DNA from: Botryllus schlosseri
Taxonomy: Eukaryota
DNA length: 64,000 nt
Direction: 5' to 3'
Assembly: GCA_051294905.1 (NCBI GenBank)
Contig: CM119372.1
Span: 11,224,001-11,288,000 of the forward strand
Shown: positions 1 through 13,200 of the stretch, one piece after another
Numbering within the stretch: position 1 is the first letter of the stretch
Layout of the letters: each line of letters begins with the position of its first letter
The notes under the pieces: model-generated
Told to the model about the DNA's origin: nothing
The model's database searches: none
The model's input: only the letters and a program-made list of their open reading frames with translations
Translations under genes and position numbers: made by a program

Positions 1-1127
1 AACTTATCAAGTTCGCAATATGCATCTAGGCGTATGACTCTAAATTAGGGGTTTTCAAATTTTTTTGGGCCGTGGCCAATCTTACGGTTTGAAAATGTTC
101 TGTGGCCCACATCCTATAGAAAACTGCTCAAAATAGGACGAGAATTCTAGACTTATAATTAGGGTTTGACATTGTAATAAAAGCTAAAATCGAGGCGTTA
201 GGCATAAAAATTGTCAAAATTGTTTACAAAGTCGAAATTTTTTTGCAAACAGCATGTCGTTGCTGTCGCTGAGGTTGCAGTGTCGGTGGACTTATACTTT
301 GTCATTAATCGGCGTTAAAATGTCTATACCATAGTGCTTTTCAGCCTGTGTGACGGTTCGCACTTGTGCGAATGAAAAAAATTGCAGTGCGAATGGCGAA
401 GGTGGTGCGACGGTGCGAATGAAAATCGTGAATGATTGTTAATTTTTGTGACGTGGAATAATTCAAATTAACCTTATGGGAAATTCAAGGGCAGTGTAAC
501 TTTTGTGGTTGCGACCCAATTGTAAAATCTTAGGACACACCACTAATCGTAGCTCCCACAAGCCGTTGTGAATTATTATTTTCGCGCCATAATTATTACG
601 TAACCAAAATCCTGGTTCGGAATCTGATGTAGTGCCAGACATACAGTATATCAGCCCGCCTGAGCCTGCGACAGGCCGGAAAAATTACGTCAAATTGACT
701 TTCTGCTTTCTTTCGCTAAACAATCATCATATGTCCGTAATAACTGTTCACTTAGCGCGAGACACGAGGATAGTAGTGAATACCATCATTGCAGGCGCAC
801 ATTTGCAAGTTACTGTAACGTAAATTTTTACCCCCTTCGTGTTAGTAAAGTATGGGCCGCAAAGGGTTATTATGTAAGTAATATTTGTTGAATTTATTGC
901 TAAAAATCCTGCGATAGCTTTTACATATCCAAGGTCACTGTGTTGGGTAGGCCTACTGTAGCCAATAAGCGAGACACGCAGAAAATATCGCTTTATCATG
1001 CGAATCCATGATAAGACTTGTCCGACTGGTTTTTCTGAAAACATGTTCGAATACCGTTGGGATGAACTAGTGTAGGTCATAGGGGTGTGCAACGAGCGAG
1101 TTCAGGACTATGTGACTCATTTATTTC

Positions 1128-1536
1128 GGTTCTATACCAATACCGAGAAAACCATTACCGAGAATGGACATTACCGAGAATGCCATTACCGAGAATGGAC
1201 ATTACCGAGAATGGACATTACCGAGAATGGTCATTACCGAGAATGGACACCACCGAGAATGGACATTACCGAGAATGGCCAATGTCAAGAATATAGCTTA
1301 CTGGGACTTTACGTTGTCGAGAAATTTATACCTGAGCATCGATACCGAATGTGGCGACGCCGTGATGCACACACACGACCTGTGCATATGCATAACATGC
1401 CTGCATTGCATATATTGCATTCTCGGTGGTGTCCATTCTCGGTAATGTCCATTTTCGGTGGTGTGCAATCTCGGTAATGTCCATTCTCGGTGGTGTCCAT
1501 TCTCGGTAATGGTTTTCTCGGTATTGACCGGACACC
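1128..1536. mobile_element. Foldback/MITE-like element with inverted arrays of a 16-bp unit (CATTACCGAGAATGGA)
   Basis: Direct array at ~1139-1280 and inverted array at ~1418-1526 around a ~135-bp core. A second copy in opposite orientation at ~10250-10575 shares both ends (GGTTCTATACC... and ...GACACC). Confidence 0.8.
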
Positions 1537-2114
1537 TTTATTTCGAGGCCAACCCCTTCTGCGTCGGGGCACATGAAGACGTAAAGTTTTGGCCAACAAA
1601 CCGCTGGTAAAATGCGGTGTCAAAGTATATGCGGTGACAAACATTTGCCAAAAATGACCGATGCTGGATGGCCAAACCTTTCGATTTGGATATGATCCGT
1701 TGTCGGCACGGAATAGTCCCGTTCTTGCAATCTGATTAGACAGTTATACAACTGCGACACCTAGATGAATTTAATTCACCCTAATTTTAAATCGCGTGCG
1801 TCAGACATGTTTTGTAGAGTAGAATTGTGGCGTGCGCGTAAAATGCCGTAAAATCGTATCATACTGCTGTAATATTAAAAATGAATTCCTTTTCATATGT
1901 GAGGCTCTGGTCATGACTCATGAGTTGCCACAAAACTCAAATTTTGGTGAGTTTAAAAAGCTGCTTTACCGTATTGAAACTGTCATGAATTCTCAAGTTA
2001 GATTGAGATAAAGAGCAGAACACACAGTTTCGTGAATTTATTTGCTCTTCTCATATACTCCCGTGACAGAAAATGGGAAATCGAAAAAAAGCAGAACACA
2101 AGTTGGATCAACGT

Positions 2115-2336
2115 TAGGGTTACTATATTTTGGAATGGGGAAAGAAGGCCACTTTTCAAAATTTCCAAACTTAGAATACCGGTGAAAAATCCTGAAATAG
2201 GGTAAGTTTTACCAAAATTCTAGAAAAATAGGACAAAATCTCAAAAAGGAGGGCAATTAGGCGTCCTCGGAGGACATTTTCAAAATCCCGAAAAAGGAGG
2301 ACAAATCCTCCTAAAGGAGGACGTATGGTAACCCTA
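2115..2336. mobile_element. Short MITE with TAGGGTTAC...GGTAACCCTA termini and AGGAGGACA subterminal repeats
   Basis: Terminal inverted repeats. Other family members at 39385-39752, ~48490-48628 (partial) and ~59466-59773. Confidence 0.7.
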
Positions 2337-4225
2337 AAGTACGTATCATATGGTAGCGAGCTCTAATGTGACTATACTCTCCTTGGTCGTTTTGGACCTT
2401 ATTTTCCGAAACATAGGGAAAAAGCCTCAACACAAACATGTGGGTTAGGGCTGTTCTAAAATAACTTTTTCTTCTGGATTCCAGCCATTCAGGCATTAAA
2501 ATGTCAGGTTACCCTAAAAAACGCTGCGCACCAAATTTGGTTCAATTCTATCAAGTATAAGGCTCCGCAGATCCAATAAAAATTTTTAATTTATAATGGA
2601 AATTTAAAAAAAAAAAAAATTTTCCGTCAGTCCCATGAAATTGTTGAGCTGTCTTCAGAGACGACGAAAAACAAATTTGACTCAATTCCAATTGATAGAA
2701 GCGGAATTATTGGAGTTTTTTTGATAATCCTCGGATCATCCATGGTTCTAAAAACGAGTAAAATTTTTAGTAGGTCTGAAATTATTCCAAGCTCACGCCG
2801 ATATATCAAATCTGAATCTGAAACTTGACTGCGTGGTGGATAGTGGCCGTCAACGTATGCGTGGATCGCGAGATGTTAGCAAAACTCAGAATTGGGTTGT
2901 GGTTTGAATTGGGTCGGTATGAAGCAACCTCTGTGTTATTAGCACTCCAGCAGTGTACATAGTGTACACTGGACTTAAATATTACCAGTAAACAACTGCT
3001 TCTGTTGAAGGTTTTTCTATATTCTTGCCAAACTACTTTGCAAGGACTGACAGTTCCAACCAAAAATGTAGAAAAGTACCGTGCTAAAATTCCAACGACA
3101 TGTGCAGCAATGCCTAATTTGAATACACAAGTGCCAATTTTCGTCAAAATTAAAATTTTCAATGTCAAAATATGTCAGAATTTTCATTTTTAGTGCAAAA
3201 TCTTCCGTTCTCAAGGTCTAAAAATAATCGCCCAACTTATAATGCAATTATTCGCAAGCTATAATGCATCTGAAGATTGGCAATAAACTGGGACGATGGT
3301 GAATTGGAACTTCCAGTTTCCATATCGATATGAATATAGGGCTGTTGTTTCGTTATTCATGGTCTTACGCTAACCTCTTGCACAGTGGTTCACAGACATT
3401 TTTGGACACGCCCCCCTTGATTGTAGTGGAAAATTTCGCGCCCCCTTTTCGCCATATAAAAAACTATTAAAAAGAGTAATAAGATTGTTTGCAATCCCAT
3501 GTAAGAGTATAACTTTTGAGAGATCTTTCAAATATGAAATTCGGAAAATACGCAGAGCAATAATATTCAATGGTAGAACGTTGCATATACTTATACATAT
3601 TTTAGCGATTTTGGCGTCTAATACCTTCTATTTTCTCACTTGGGCTTGGCTCAAGCGTACCTGACCATATGCGAAATAAAAACCAATGGCGCAGCCTCGT
3701 TTAAGCCACTTCTATTTAAATCATCATTTCTAAGATCCAAAAGGCAGGTTGAACGCGGCATATTGCATGAACTTATTAGGAAATATTTTATTTCTCCATA
3801 GCGTTGTCTCTCACTACGCATACTGTACAGATTATTGACGGAAAGACCATAAAAGCATTAGCTAGCACGTTTACGCATTACCACGCAGTCACACCTACTT
3901 AAGAGACATATTCTGACCGGTGCAAGGTCCGGTATCACCCACAATCAAGCGCACGTGTACACTGTATATGTGTATATAGATGCTACAACGCAACTATGAC
4001 ATTTAAAATCGTACTGTAATTCGTAGTATGTAATGTTTAAACTTGGAAGCACATATAAAACTCATTCCGCTTTCAAGAAACTTCTTATCTCTCAGGCGGC
4101 TTCGCGTCACCCAGGGGCGGTGCCCTCCCCAGTTGGAGAACCACTGGTTATGCGAAAGACGTTGCATTATGACGACTTCCGTAAAAGAATTAGAATACTT
4201 GCAAAACGTTATTGACCCCTCTTAC

Positions 4226-7200
4226 CACGAATTCCTCTGGGCTAGCGCAATTCGCAGGTCTTTTTCCGATGTGAATGTCTATTGACCGATTTATTACCCA
4301 TGCAAGACTACAATCGCAGCGCCAAGGATTGTAGGCCAATTGCAAGGTCGAGGGTACCGAAACATTTACCGTAAATGAATCACGATACAGTCTCTTCAAT
4401 CTAAAAATAAGAAGGTAACACCTTCGACGTTCAGACTCGTCATTTCAATCCTTTGTGGCAAATTATACCCGTTGTTTGACAAATCGAGGTAATCCAGCTG
4501 TTGCAGTGTTTTGAATGCTTCGACCTTTACCTCTATTAAATCCAAGTGATGTAGAATTAATTTTCTCAGGTTCGTCAAAGTCGTGAAATCTCCGGGATGG
4601 ATTGTCTGTTATATGGTAAATTATATATTTTCTTCCTCCATCATACGATACTGCAGACTAACACTCATCCATATTTGATTATCTCAATGAGTATTCCTAT
4701 TATTTATATATGAAGTTCTCTATATATTTGATATATTCTCCCCGAAAATTGTAGGTTTGGCTCGATACGTGACAGTCATACTTTCCCTCCATAATCAATT
4801 ACATTCATATGCCTGTACTATAACAAGAAGAGATATCCGTGGGAACATATGCCTCCCGTGCATTCACCGGGGCTTTGGGCATGTGGAATTGATGACATCA
4901 CCGATAAAAAGCTTCTAGTGTAATATCCTAATGCATAAATAATACAGTCCTTTTATCAAAGACCTTTTCACTTCTCCGCGATCATTCTGTAGTTATATTT
5001 GCTATGCAAATTTGCAAATTCGACAGTGATCGTTCAAATATTGATATTGCTCCCCTATTTTAACCGGAAATTATATTAAGTTGACTGTACCGCATATATG
5101 GAATTGGATGGAAACAAGTTTATAACGTATGACACGGGTATCTTGGTCTGATTAAAGTGACTATGCAACTTATGGAATATGGTAATTTGTGATGACCTTG
5201 ACATACAGGTAGGATGGGTTTAATGCATGCAGAGGTTTCCAGAGAATTTAATTACCAATGTTGGATGGAAACATCACTAACTTGACAGCATTGCCAGAGC
5301 GACAGATATAGCAACACGGTTCTCAAAACGAGGATTCCAAAATTTAACTATAAATCGCGAAATGCACGAAGAAATATTTTGAAGTTCCAGAGATTTGCCT
5401 CGAAATACTTCATTTTATCATGATTGGAGACAAAATTTGACACTACTTTCCCGCAGGCCTATGATACCTCCCAAAATGGAGTTCGAGACTTCGGGGTTAT
5501 TTTGGGGCCGGAGTTATGATCCTACACAGGACTTGTTTTATAACCGCGTTGAATTAATTGAATACTTTTACTATTTAGAACTGTTATTAATGAGATTTCG
5601 TTCAATCCGCAAGAGATTCGAAATTTTTCCCGCGACCCGCAAAAATATTTATCCGTGTATACGGATAAATATGAAAGATTTCTTCGATAAAGTTTCATTG
5701 CGGTTAGGCTACAGTAACTCTGTCAGGACGATATCGTCACCGCGTTCGAAATTCGAAAAAAAGTAGCACGTCGTGTGCTTTTAGCTTTATCAGCTGGATA
5801 AATACACGGTGACAACGTTGATATTAAATAGATTCGGCATAGTACCAACCCTAAGCCAGGTATACGCTACGGTAAATACGCTGCAGCCTCATTGCACCAA
5901 AGACATGTTTAGATTTATTGGACTACTGGGAGACGCTTGTTACAGCGTCGGTTGTGTTTCGACGCCGTATATCCGATGCGTTTATCGCGGAACAGGTGCC
6001 TATTAAGATTTTCCTGTTAAATATTGATGGTTACTCATGTGACTCAAAACTCGAGAATTTTAACTAAATAATACATGAGCACGAGCTTGACATCCGCGAA
6101 GCGCGCCCGTGTGATTTATTGGCTCCAAAGCACAGCGATTAAAAATCTATAACAACATTACCGAACAATAGCTCCGCGTCACGATGCGTAATCAATTCTA
6201 TAGGTACTTATAGCATGATTAGTAGCAAATATGATGCTGCTACTAATAGGAAATCGTCGCTTCGGAATTAAATGGTCAAGCTTCGGAGAGTATAATAAAC
6301 CACTCTTCTGGGATCTTACAATTTGGTTCATAAGATTATGTAAGCACTTGTTAAGTATGTAAGCTTGAAAGCAGAGACGTGGACGAGGCGATTCACTAAG
6401 GCCCTTAAAGGGGCACTGCACTCTAAAAATGATGTGGTCTCAGATTGAAGGGCAAAACGAAAGAAAAATTTTGGCAGCAGCCGTTTTCTTCAGAACGCCA
6501 CCGTAATGGAGCTGTAATAAATTGAAATTTCCATAGTTGCAGCACGCTCCAGCAGTCAAGCAGAGATCGAACTATATATAGTTGCCAGCCGATGTTATGA
6601 AGGAAATATGTCGTACACGCCAAGGTGGTTTAGATACCGCGTTCAACGGAAGATGTCCAGTCAGGAGATTTATGTCAAAATCGGGCCTAGTGTATTCTAT
6701 TTCTTCATAACATCGGCTGACAACTATATATAGTTCGATCTCTGCGTGACTGCTGGAGCGTGCTGCAACTATGGAAATTTCAATTCATTACAGCTCCATT
6801 ACGGTGGCGTTATGAAGAAAACGGCTGCTGCCAAAATTTTTCTTTCGTTTTGCCCTTCAATTTGAGACCACATCATTTTTAGAGTGCAGTGCCCCTTTAA
6901 CTGACAGGTGCAATCTTCCCAATTGTGACCGGCTGCAAATTCTCCAGTGATTTAAACATAATATGCCTTTTAAATGAGCTATTCGACGAAGACTCAAGTC
7001 CGATTCGGGCCTGCAATTTGTATTGCTGCGAGCCTGAAGTCCAAATAAAATAGCTCGAAGGACTGGAGTTTTTGCATAATCATTGGAAAATACCTGGATC
7101 GGATTATAAGAAAGGTCCAAGACCAGCAAATTCTCCAGATCTCGCAACGCGGTTCGAGGCACTGACGATAGGTTGCAAGATTTCAAAGTGAGGTTAGTCA

Positions 7201-10200
7201 AATTGTCCAATCCGAAGAAAGCTAATTCCGAAGGCTCCCCGGCAGATAAAACGACTTGCTCCAAGATAAGCGATCTCAACAAGTTCGTATTTCTGTTAAC
7301 GAACATTGGAAATCTAGTTTGATTTTATCAAAAAGCGGGAGTATAGTAACAAAAACCAAAAGCTTAAACTATATGCAAATCACCCATTCCCAGTAAAATG
7401 TGGCTACTGAACGGGAAGTGTAATAAAGGCGTTCATTCTGTGAGCTTCGGGGAATTATGTTTTCTTAATCAATTATTTATTGTAGTATTCGCTAATGTTT
7501 TCGCAATAGCGTAGCATTAGATTTCAGTGCAAACGCTAATTTCGTGACATCACTGACATGGCAGCATTATAATTCATTCAGTGGATGTCAATAAACCAAC
7601 GCGGCGGAAGACAGTGTAAACATTGAATGATGCGTTCCACAACATTATCCGCGCCGTGCAGTATCCAAGATTGTATGTTTTACTTTGCGTTTTCGCATTT
7701 CACATGGGAATACACGAGCATAACATATAGCCATATTCGCACTCGACGGAAACATATGTCTGATTGTATATGTCCTTCGCCCAGTCATTCAGTCCGATTA
7801 TATTCCGTCAAACAATCTTGAACTGTATGTTGATTTGACTGAATTATTTGATAAAATATAGGTCACGTTGACAGGGTCGCTAAAACTCGCTATGGAAACG
7901 TTCAATTTTCAACAAATATTTGCATTTGCAGAAACCATGACATATTTGTCGTATCTGCTGGTTCTTGCATACTTGTATGCATGTAAGTAACCTGCTTGTT
8001 CGAAATACTGGTTTTTTGTCTCAAAAAACACTTCGATGTTTATCTACACATATATGCGTAACTATACCTGAATGCATGATCTGGGATTGTAAAGAGACGG
8101 GGCATCTCGCGGATCTCGAGATATCGAATGGGAAGCGTGGTTTCCAACGCATAGACTGGAATTTGAGATAAGTTTGCGGAGCGAAACCGTAGATCAATCA
8201 GTTTGTGCAGACTGGTGAATGTCCTGAAATTGTCGATCGATGAGTCACATGACGAATTAAACTTCCCATCAGACTTGGACATCCAGAAAATTCTCTGCTT
8301 TTATAAACTAGATTAGAATCAGAATTATAGCTATACGTTTTTTTCAAAATTAGAGTAGAATTAGAATTATAGCTACACAGCTTTTTCCAAATTAGATTAG
8401 AAATAGAATGACAGAATTCGAGAAAACTTGGCAAACGTATCAAGTTTAGTTCATATTCAATCAGAGTTCATTGGCATAAGCGTAAGAATGGCAATTGTCT
8501 GCAAAGCAAGCTCGTCTCGTCTCGCACGAAACAGTTCTTCGGTGGTATTTTCAGGCAAGAAAAAAATTATATTAGAATTAAAATTAGATTAATTAGAATT
8601 ACAGCAAAGAAACATTCAACACATTAGATTAGAATTAGTTTAACGGCATTATGCTCTAATTCAGGGGTTCTCAAAGGGTGGGCCATGGCCCACTGGTGGG
8701 CCACAAAAGCATTTGAGGTGGGCCACAGAGCTATTTGGAAAATTTTAGAAATAATGTAAGTTTAGTAATATTTGTTTTGTTAATCGCTAAAAAATAAATT
8801 CATATTACTTGATTATACGTAGGCTATATAAAGCTTTTCATCCGACTCTGATGAGATGTAGTGGAACGTATGGAGTCAGCATTTCAAGTCGAAAATGGGA
8901 GGCAGAAACGGCGACTTTTCCACTGGCTATGACAACCTACGGCTTACAGCAACTATAATTTTGCGTATATAATACCCGGAACGTAATACTGAAGTAACCA
9001 AGTATTCCGGCAGGGTCATAACGTCGTATGCCGTTGAATGAGGTGTGCGATAAACTAGGAATGAAGTGTAATTGATGTATAGATGTCGTATTATTGTAAG
9101 TTAAAAATAGCCATAATTGCAAATTATTAGCAACTTCTGGTGAAGGTATACTGCACCACCGCAACGAATAGTAATGGATTGAGGATTCAGCGGAGCGCAT
9201 TAATATTTGGAGTCTGTTTAAAATGTCATGCGTGGAAATCAATGTACATAATGTAAGAGTCACATGAATTGATAGTATAACTGGATTGAATATTCTGACA
9301 TTGCAACTTCAGTTGGTTCAGTACGTGACATACAATGTACAGCATGCATAATAAGAAAATCCTTCTCCACTCCCCTTTAGTACCCCTTTCACCAATGAAT
9401 TGTTTGAAGCTGAACCAGAATGATTATACTATTCCTCTCAATAGTGGAATTAAAATCCCAATCACACAGTGTATGCGGGAATTCGATCATTGTGTTTCGC
9501 GAAGCGAAGGGAGTTGCGGACGATCATAAAATACTCAGAAGTGTTAGCATATGATCTACCAAAGCCGTAAGTGCTGCGCCCAAACCCTCAATTGGGGGAG
9601 CTAGAAGGGGCCAAGATTATTTCTTTGGTCGTTTGTTCGAAGCTATGCATTCAACATGAAAATTTTCGTCGCGCTTCGCGCGATTTCAGGACCTCACCTG
9701 TTTATATTTTAATTTCATCAGTAACTAAAGAGAAAAATGCGCATATTTTAGAGAAACAGTAATGTCTGCGCGGTCGATTAACACGAATTGAACAGGGTTA
9801 TGACTTGAAGATTAGAGGTGGGCCACAGCACATTTTCAAACCGGAAAATGGGCCACGGCCAAGAAATGGCTGAGAACCCATGCTCTAATTAGTCTAATTA
9901 GACAACCTCGATTTTTAGTTGTCCAAGTCTGCTTCCCGTGCCCCGGCGGGATCTCGGCTGCACTTTGTCCCCATACAGTATGCAGAGGCTCGTATGGACT
10001 ATAAGATGCCAGTAAGGAGGTATGCTAATGCAAAGATGATGTTTGTATGTGGAAATCTTGCGGTTCCCATCTCCTTGATATAACCAGACAACCAAAACCT
10101 CGGATCTCCAACGCATAATACATCGCATTACGCATTGAAATGTATGCGGATATTAAAATGGCTTGCATCCATACTCCAATGACGGTTCAAATTACTTTCA

Positions 10201-13200
10201 GCAGACATGCAATGAGAAAAGCATTGTTAAAAAGTGACCATACAGCATGGTGTCAGGTCGATACCGAGAAAAGCATTACTGAGAATGCAATATATGCAAT
10301 GCAGGCATGTTATGCATATGTACAGGTCGTGTGCATGCGCATCACGGCGTTGCCACATTAGGTGTCGATTCTCAGGTATAAATCTTAACAACACCCGTCT
10401 CAGTTTGTGAGAATCTTGGCATTGGCCATTCTCGGTATTGTCCATTCTCGGTAGTGTCCATTCTCGGTAATGACCATTCTCGGTAATGTGCATTCTCGGT
10501 AATGTCCATTCTCGGTAACGGCATTCTCGGTAATGTCCATTCCCGGTAATGGTATTCTCGGTATTGGTATAGAACCCATACAGCATACATACATCGTAAT
10601 CAAAACCAATCATTTCTCGCTATCTGTATGGATGTTTGAGCTGCTCTATAGCCTACACAACCGTAAATCGTCACCCTTACACATGGCAACGACCCATTTT
10701 GCAGCTTCGTTCCGCTTCGCTGATGCTGTATTTGAGAATTGTTTTGCGTATGCGACTGTATGATTTCTGGCAATCCAAATGTTATCTTCGAGCGCGCAGA
10801 ATTTACTGACTCTGGTCTTGATTGAAAGCTACGGTTGCACTGATTCAAAAAATATAAATTACAATATGGTCAGGCTCTAGACCAGTGGTTCCCAACCTTT
10901 TTCGAACCATCGCCCCCTTTTGAAGCTTAACACCGATCATCGCCCCCCAGATTTTGTGTACCGAAAAATGGGCATACAAACTGTAATCACCGGCGGGTTG
11001 ACTAAAAAAAAAGGTCATTTATTTCCGCTCAGAGCTCAAAATAACGTTTTTCTCTCCGCATTGCTAGGTGGATGACTAAAAAAAAAAAAAAAGGTCAGCC
11101 GTTTTGGCGCGTCATCGCCCCCCTATCGCCCCCTTGGCTAATTTCGCCCCATGTCGCCCCTTTGTCCATTTTCGCCCCCCTATCGCCCCCTTCGTCATTT
11201 TTGCCCCCCTGGACCGCCAAATCGCCCCCTGGGGGGCGATATCGCCCACGTTGGGAACAACTGCTCCAGTCTTTGATGAAAATTCACCATGAACATCTAA
11301 ATTAGCATTTTTCAGAACAATCAGATAATCGCAAAACAATTACCATAACAATGACCCGGTCACCCGGTGCGGCTCTCCGATTGTTCGGACACTGCCGATA
11401 TTCCAGGCTTGGAGGGCGGATTCTGAGTGGATCAGTGCCAGACATGGGGTGATTACTTCATGAATGTAATCGATTGCGATTACGATTACTTCTGAATCAC
11501 GCGATTACGATTACGATTACGATTACAGCAAAATCAGGAAGTAGTCGATTACGATTACGATTACATTGGAAAAGTAATCACGATTACTCACGATTACATT
11601 TATTTTGCTTCTTAGAACTAATCTTACAAGATATATTGAAGACAATATGAGGATTGCGTGGAAAAGGCCTGATGAGATAACAACAACTTCCTCAATAAAT
11701 GATACACGGTTTGCTTGTTACGTCATAATGTACCCATTGCCCAACTTAATAAGGGACGATTTATCGCATCCAACAATTTGCATTCTTGCCAGATCCATAA
11801 CTGCCGCACCCCGAACTCTCCAATAGGGTGGTGAGAGCGCTCGAAGGGGACTCAAAAGTATTTGGTAAAACCAACATATAATAGAGTATTTTCGTGAGAT
11901 CTGATTAACTTGAACATTTTTTTCGGGCTTTCCGATATAAATGTCTCTTGATAGCTTGATTTTGAAATGCATACCTCTCACCCTCATGAAAAAAGTATGC
12001 ATGATTTACAGGAATAAGCATTTCGGTGCCGGTCATTACCGAGCCACGACATACCAAAAGACAAATGCAGTTTCGGCCAACATGCGACTCCACAAAGTGT
12101 ATTACTAAAGAAAGACCTTGGCCAAAACTTTAAGCATGTGTCCACTGTCAATAGCCGCGCTGAGTGGGCGTGACCAATATTCCTACCCCTAAAATCTGAG
12201 CCCACAATACAAATGCCACCCGGGCCACCCACAGAAGAATAAATACAGGGCAATTATTTGTGCGTGCGTCTCACGAAAGTTTTTCTTTTCGTCATCTACG
12301 TTTGGGTGACTGCAACATCTTTTGATGTTATATATAGCAGACCGGAGGTCACGAATTAACAACATACAATAAAATAATTACAACAACATACCAGATGATA
12401 TAATTATGAATTACGTGCCCTCAGCTCCACTGGTTAATCTGACTATCGGGGGCTTAGAGAGGCTTAAAAATGAATAGTAATATCATGCAATTACTAATAT
12501 TATTGACAATAATTCAGTCTTCAACTTGAAAATTGACCACCTAATTGGGGCCCAAGACCAACGTTTGGAGTGCGAGACGAATTGCTGTTTTGGTCCATAT
12601 TCTAGCTACAACCCACGCAATCATGGCATATAAGCGGATGGCTATGGCAGCAGGTAAATAATTGCGAAATAACGATTGGCGCCCGTTGAAGGTATAGACT
12701 CAGGGCTGGCCAACCTTTTCAGCCCAAGGGCCACATTCGATTGACGAACTATTGAGCGGGCCACTAGCCGCGCTATGCGCGAAAATTTTTTGTAGTTCAT
12801 AGGTCAATAATATTGTCACTTGAATATATTGCGGGCATGTTGTATATCGCTGGGCTAAGTTTGTGAGGACTGGGCTATTCGGCGCATGGACATATCGATA
12901 TCGAAAGCTGCGACCAACATGCGTCAATCATTTCGTGCCTAGGTTTTATAGTCGACGGTCTTACTGCGAGCGCAAACGCAATGTCGCATATGTTGAACGA
13001 CACTTTGTCTCGTAACATAACATAACATAACATAACATGGTTGGGTTATATTTATATCTGAACAAGTCACACACAATGTACAATGCGATAAGACACAATG
13101 CGATGTCATGAACAGATAGGAGGATGTAGAACGACACGCATCAGTAGCGATCCTTTACTCTAACATCCACCTCGGCCTAGAGTGCCCGATGTCACAGTTC

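Noticed and set aside
1139..1526. Regular short repeats as a CRISPR array, and the repetitive ORFs over them (also 10227-10613)
   Set aside because: Units are contiguous 16-mers with no unique spacers, the context is eukaryotic and no cas genes are present. The ORFs are by-products of a stop-free repeat.
748..3217. Candidate final exons for the LRR gene (acceptors near 3217, 1034 and 812 on the - strand)
   Set aside because: Phases or translations do not give a convincing LRRCT end, Ig domain or TM helix.
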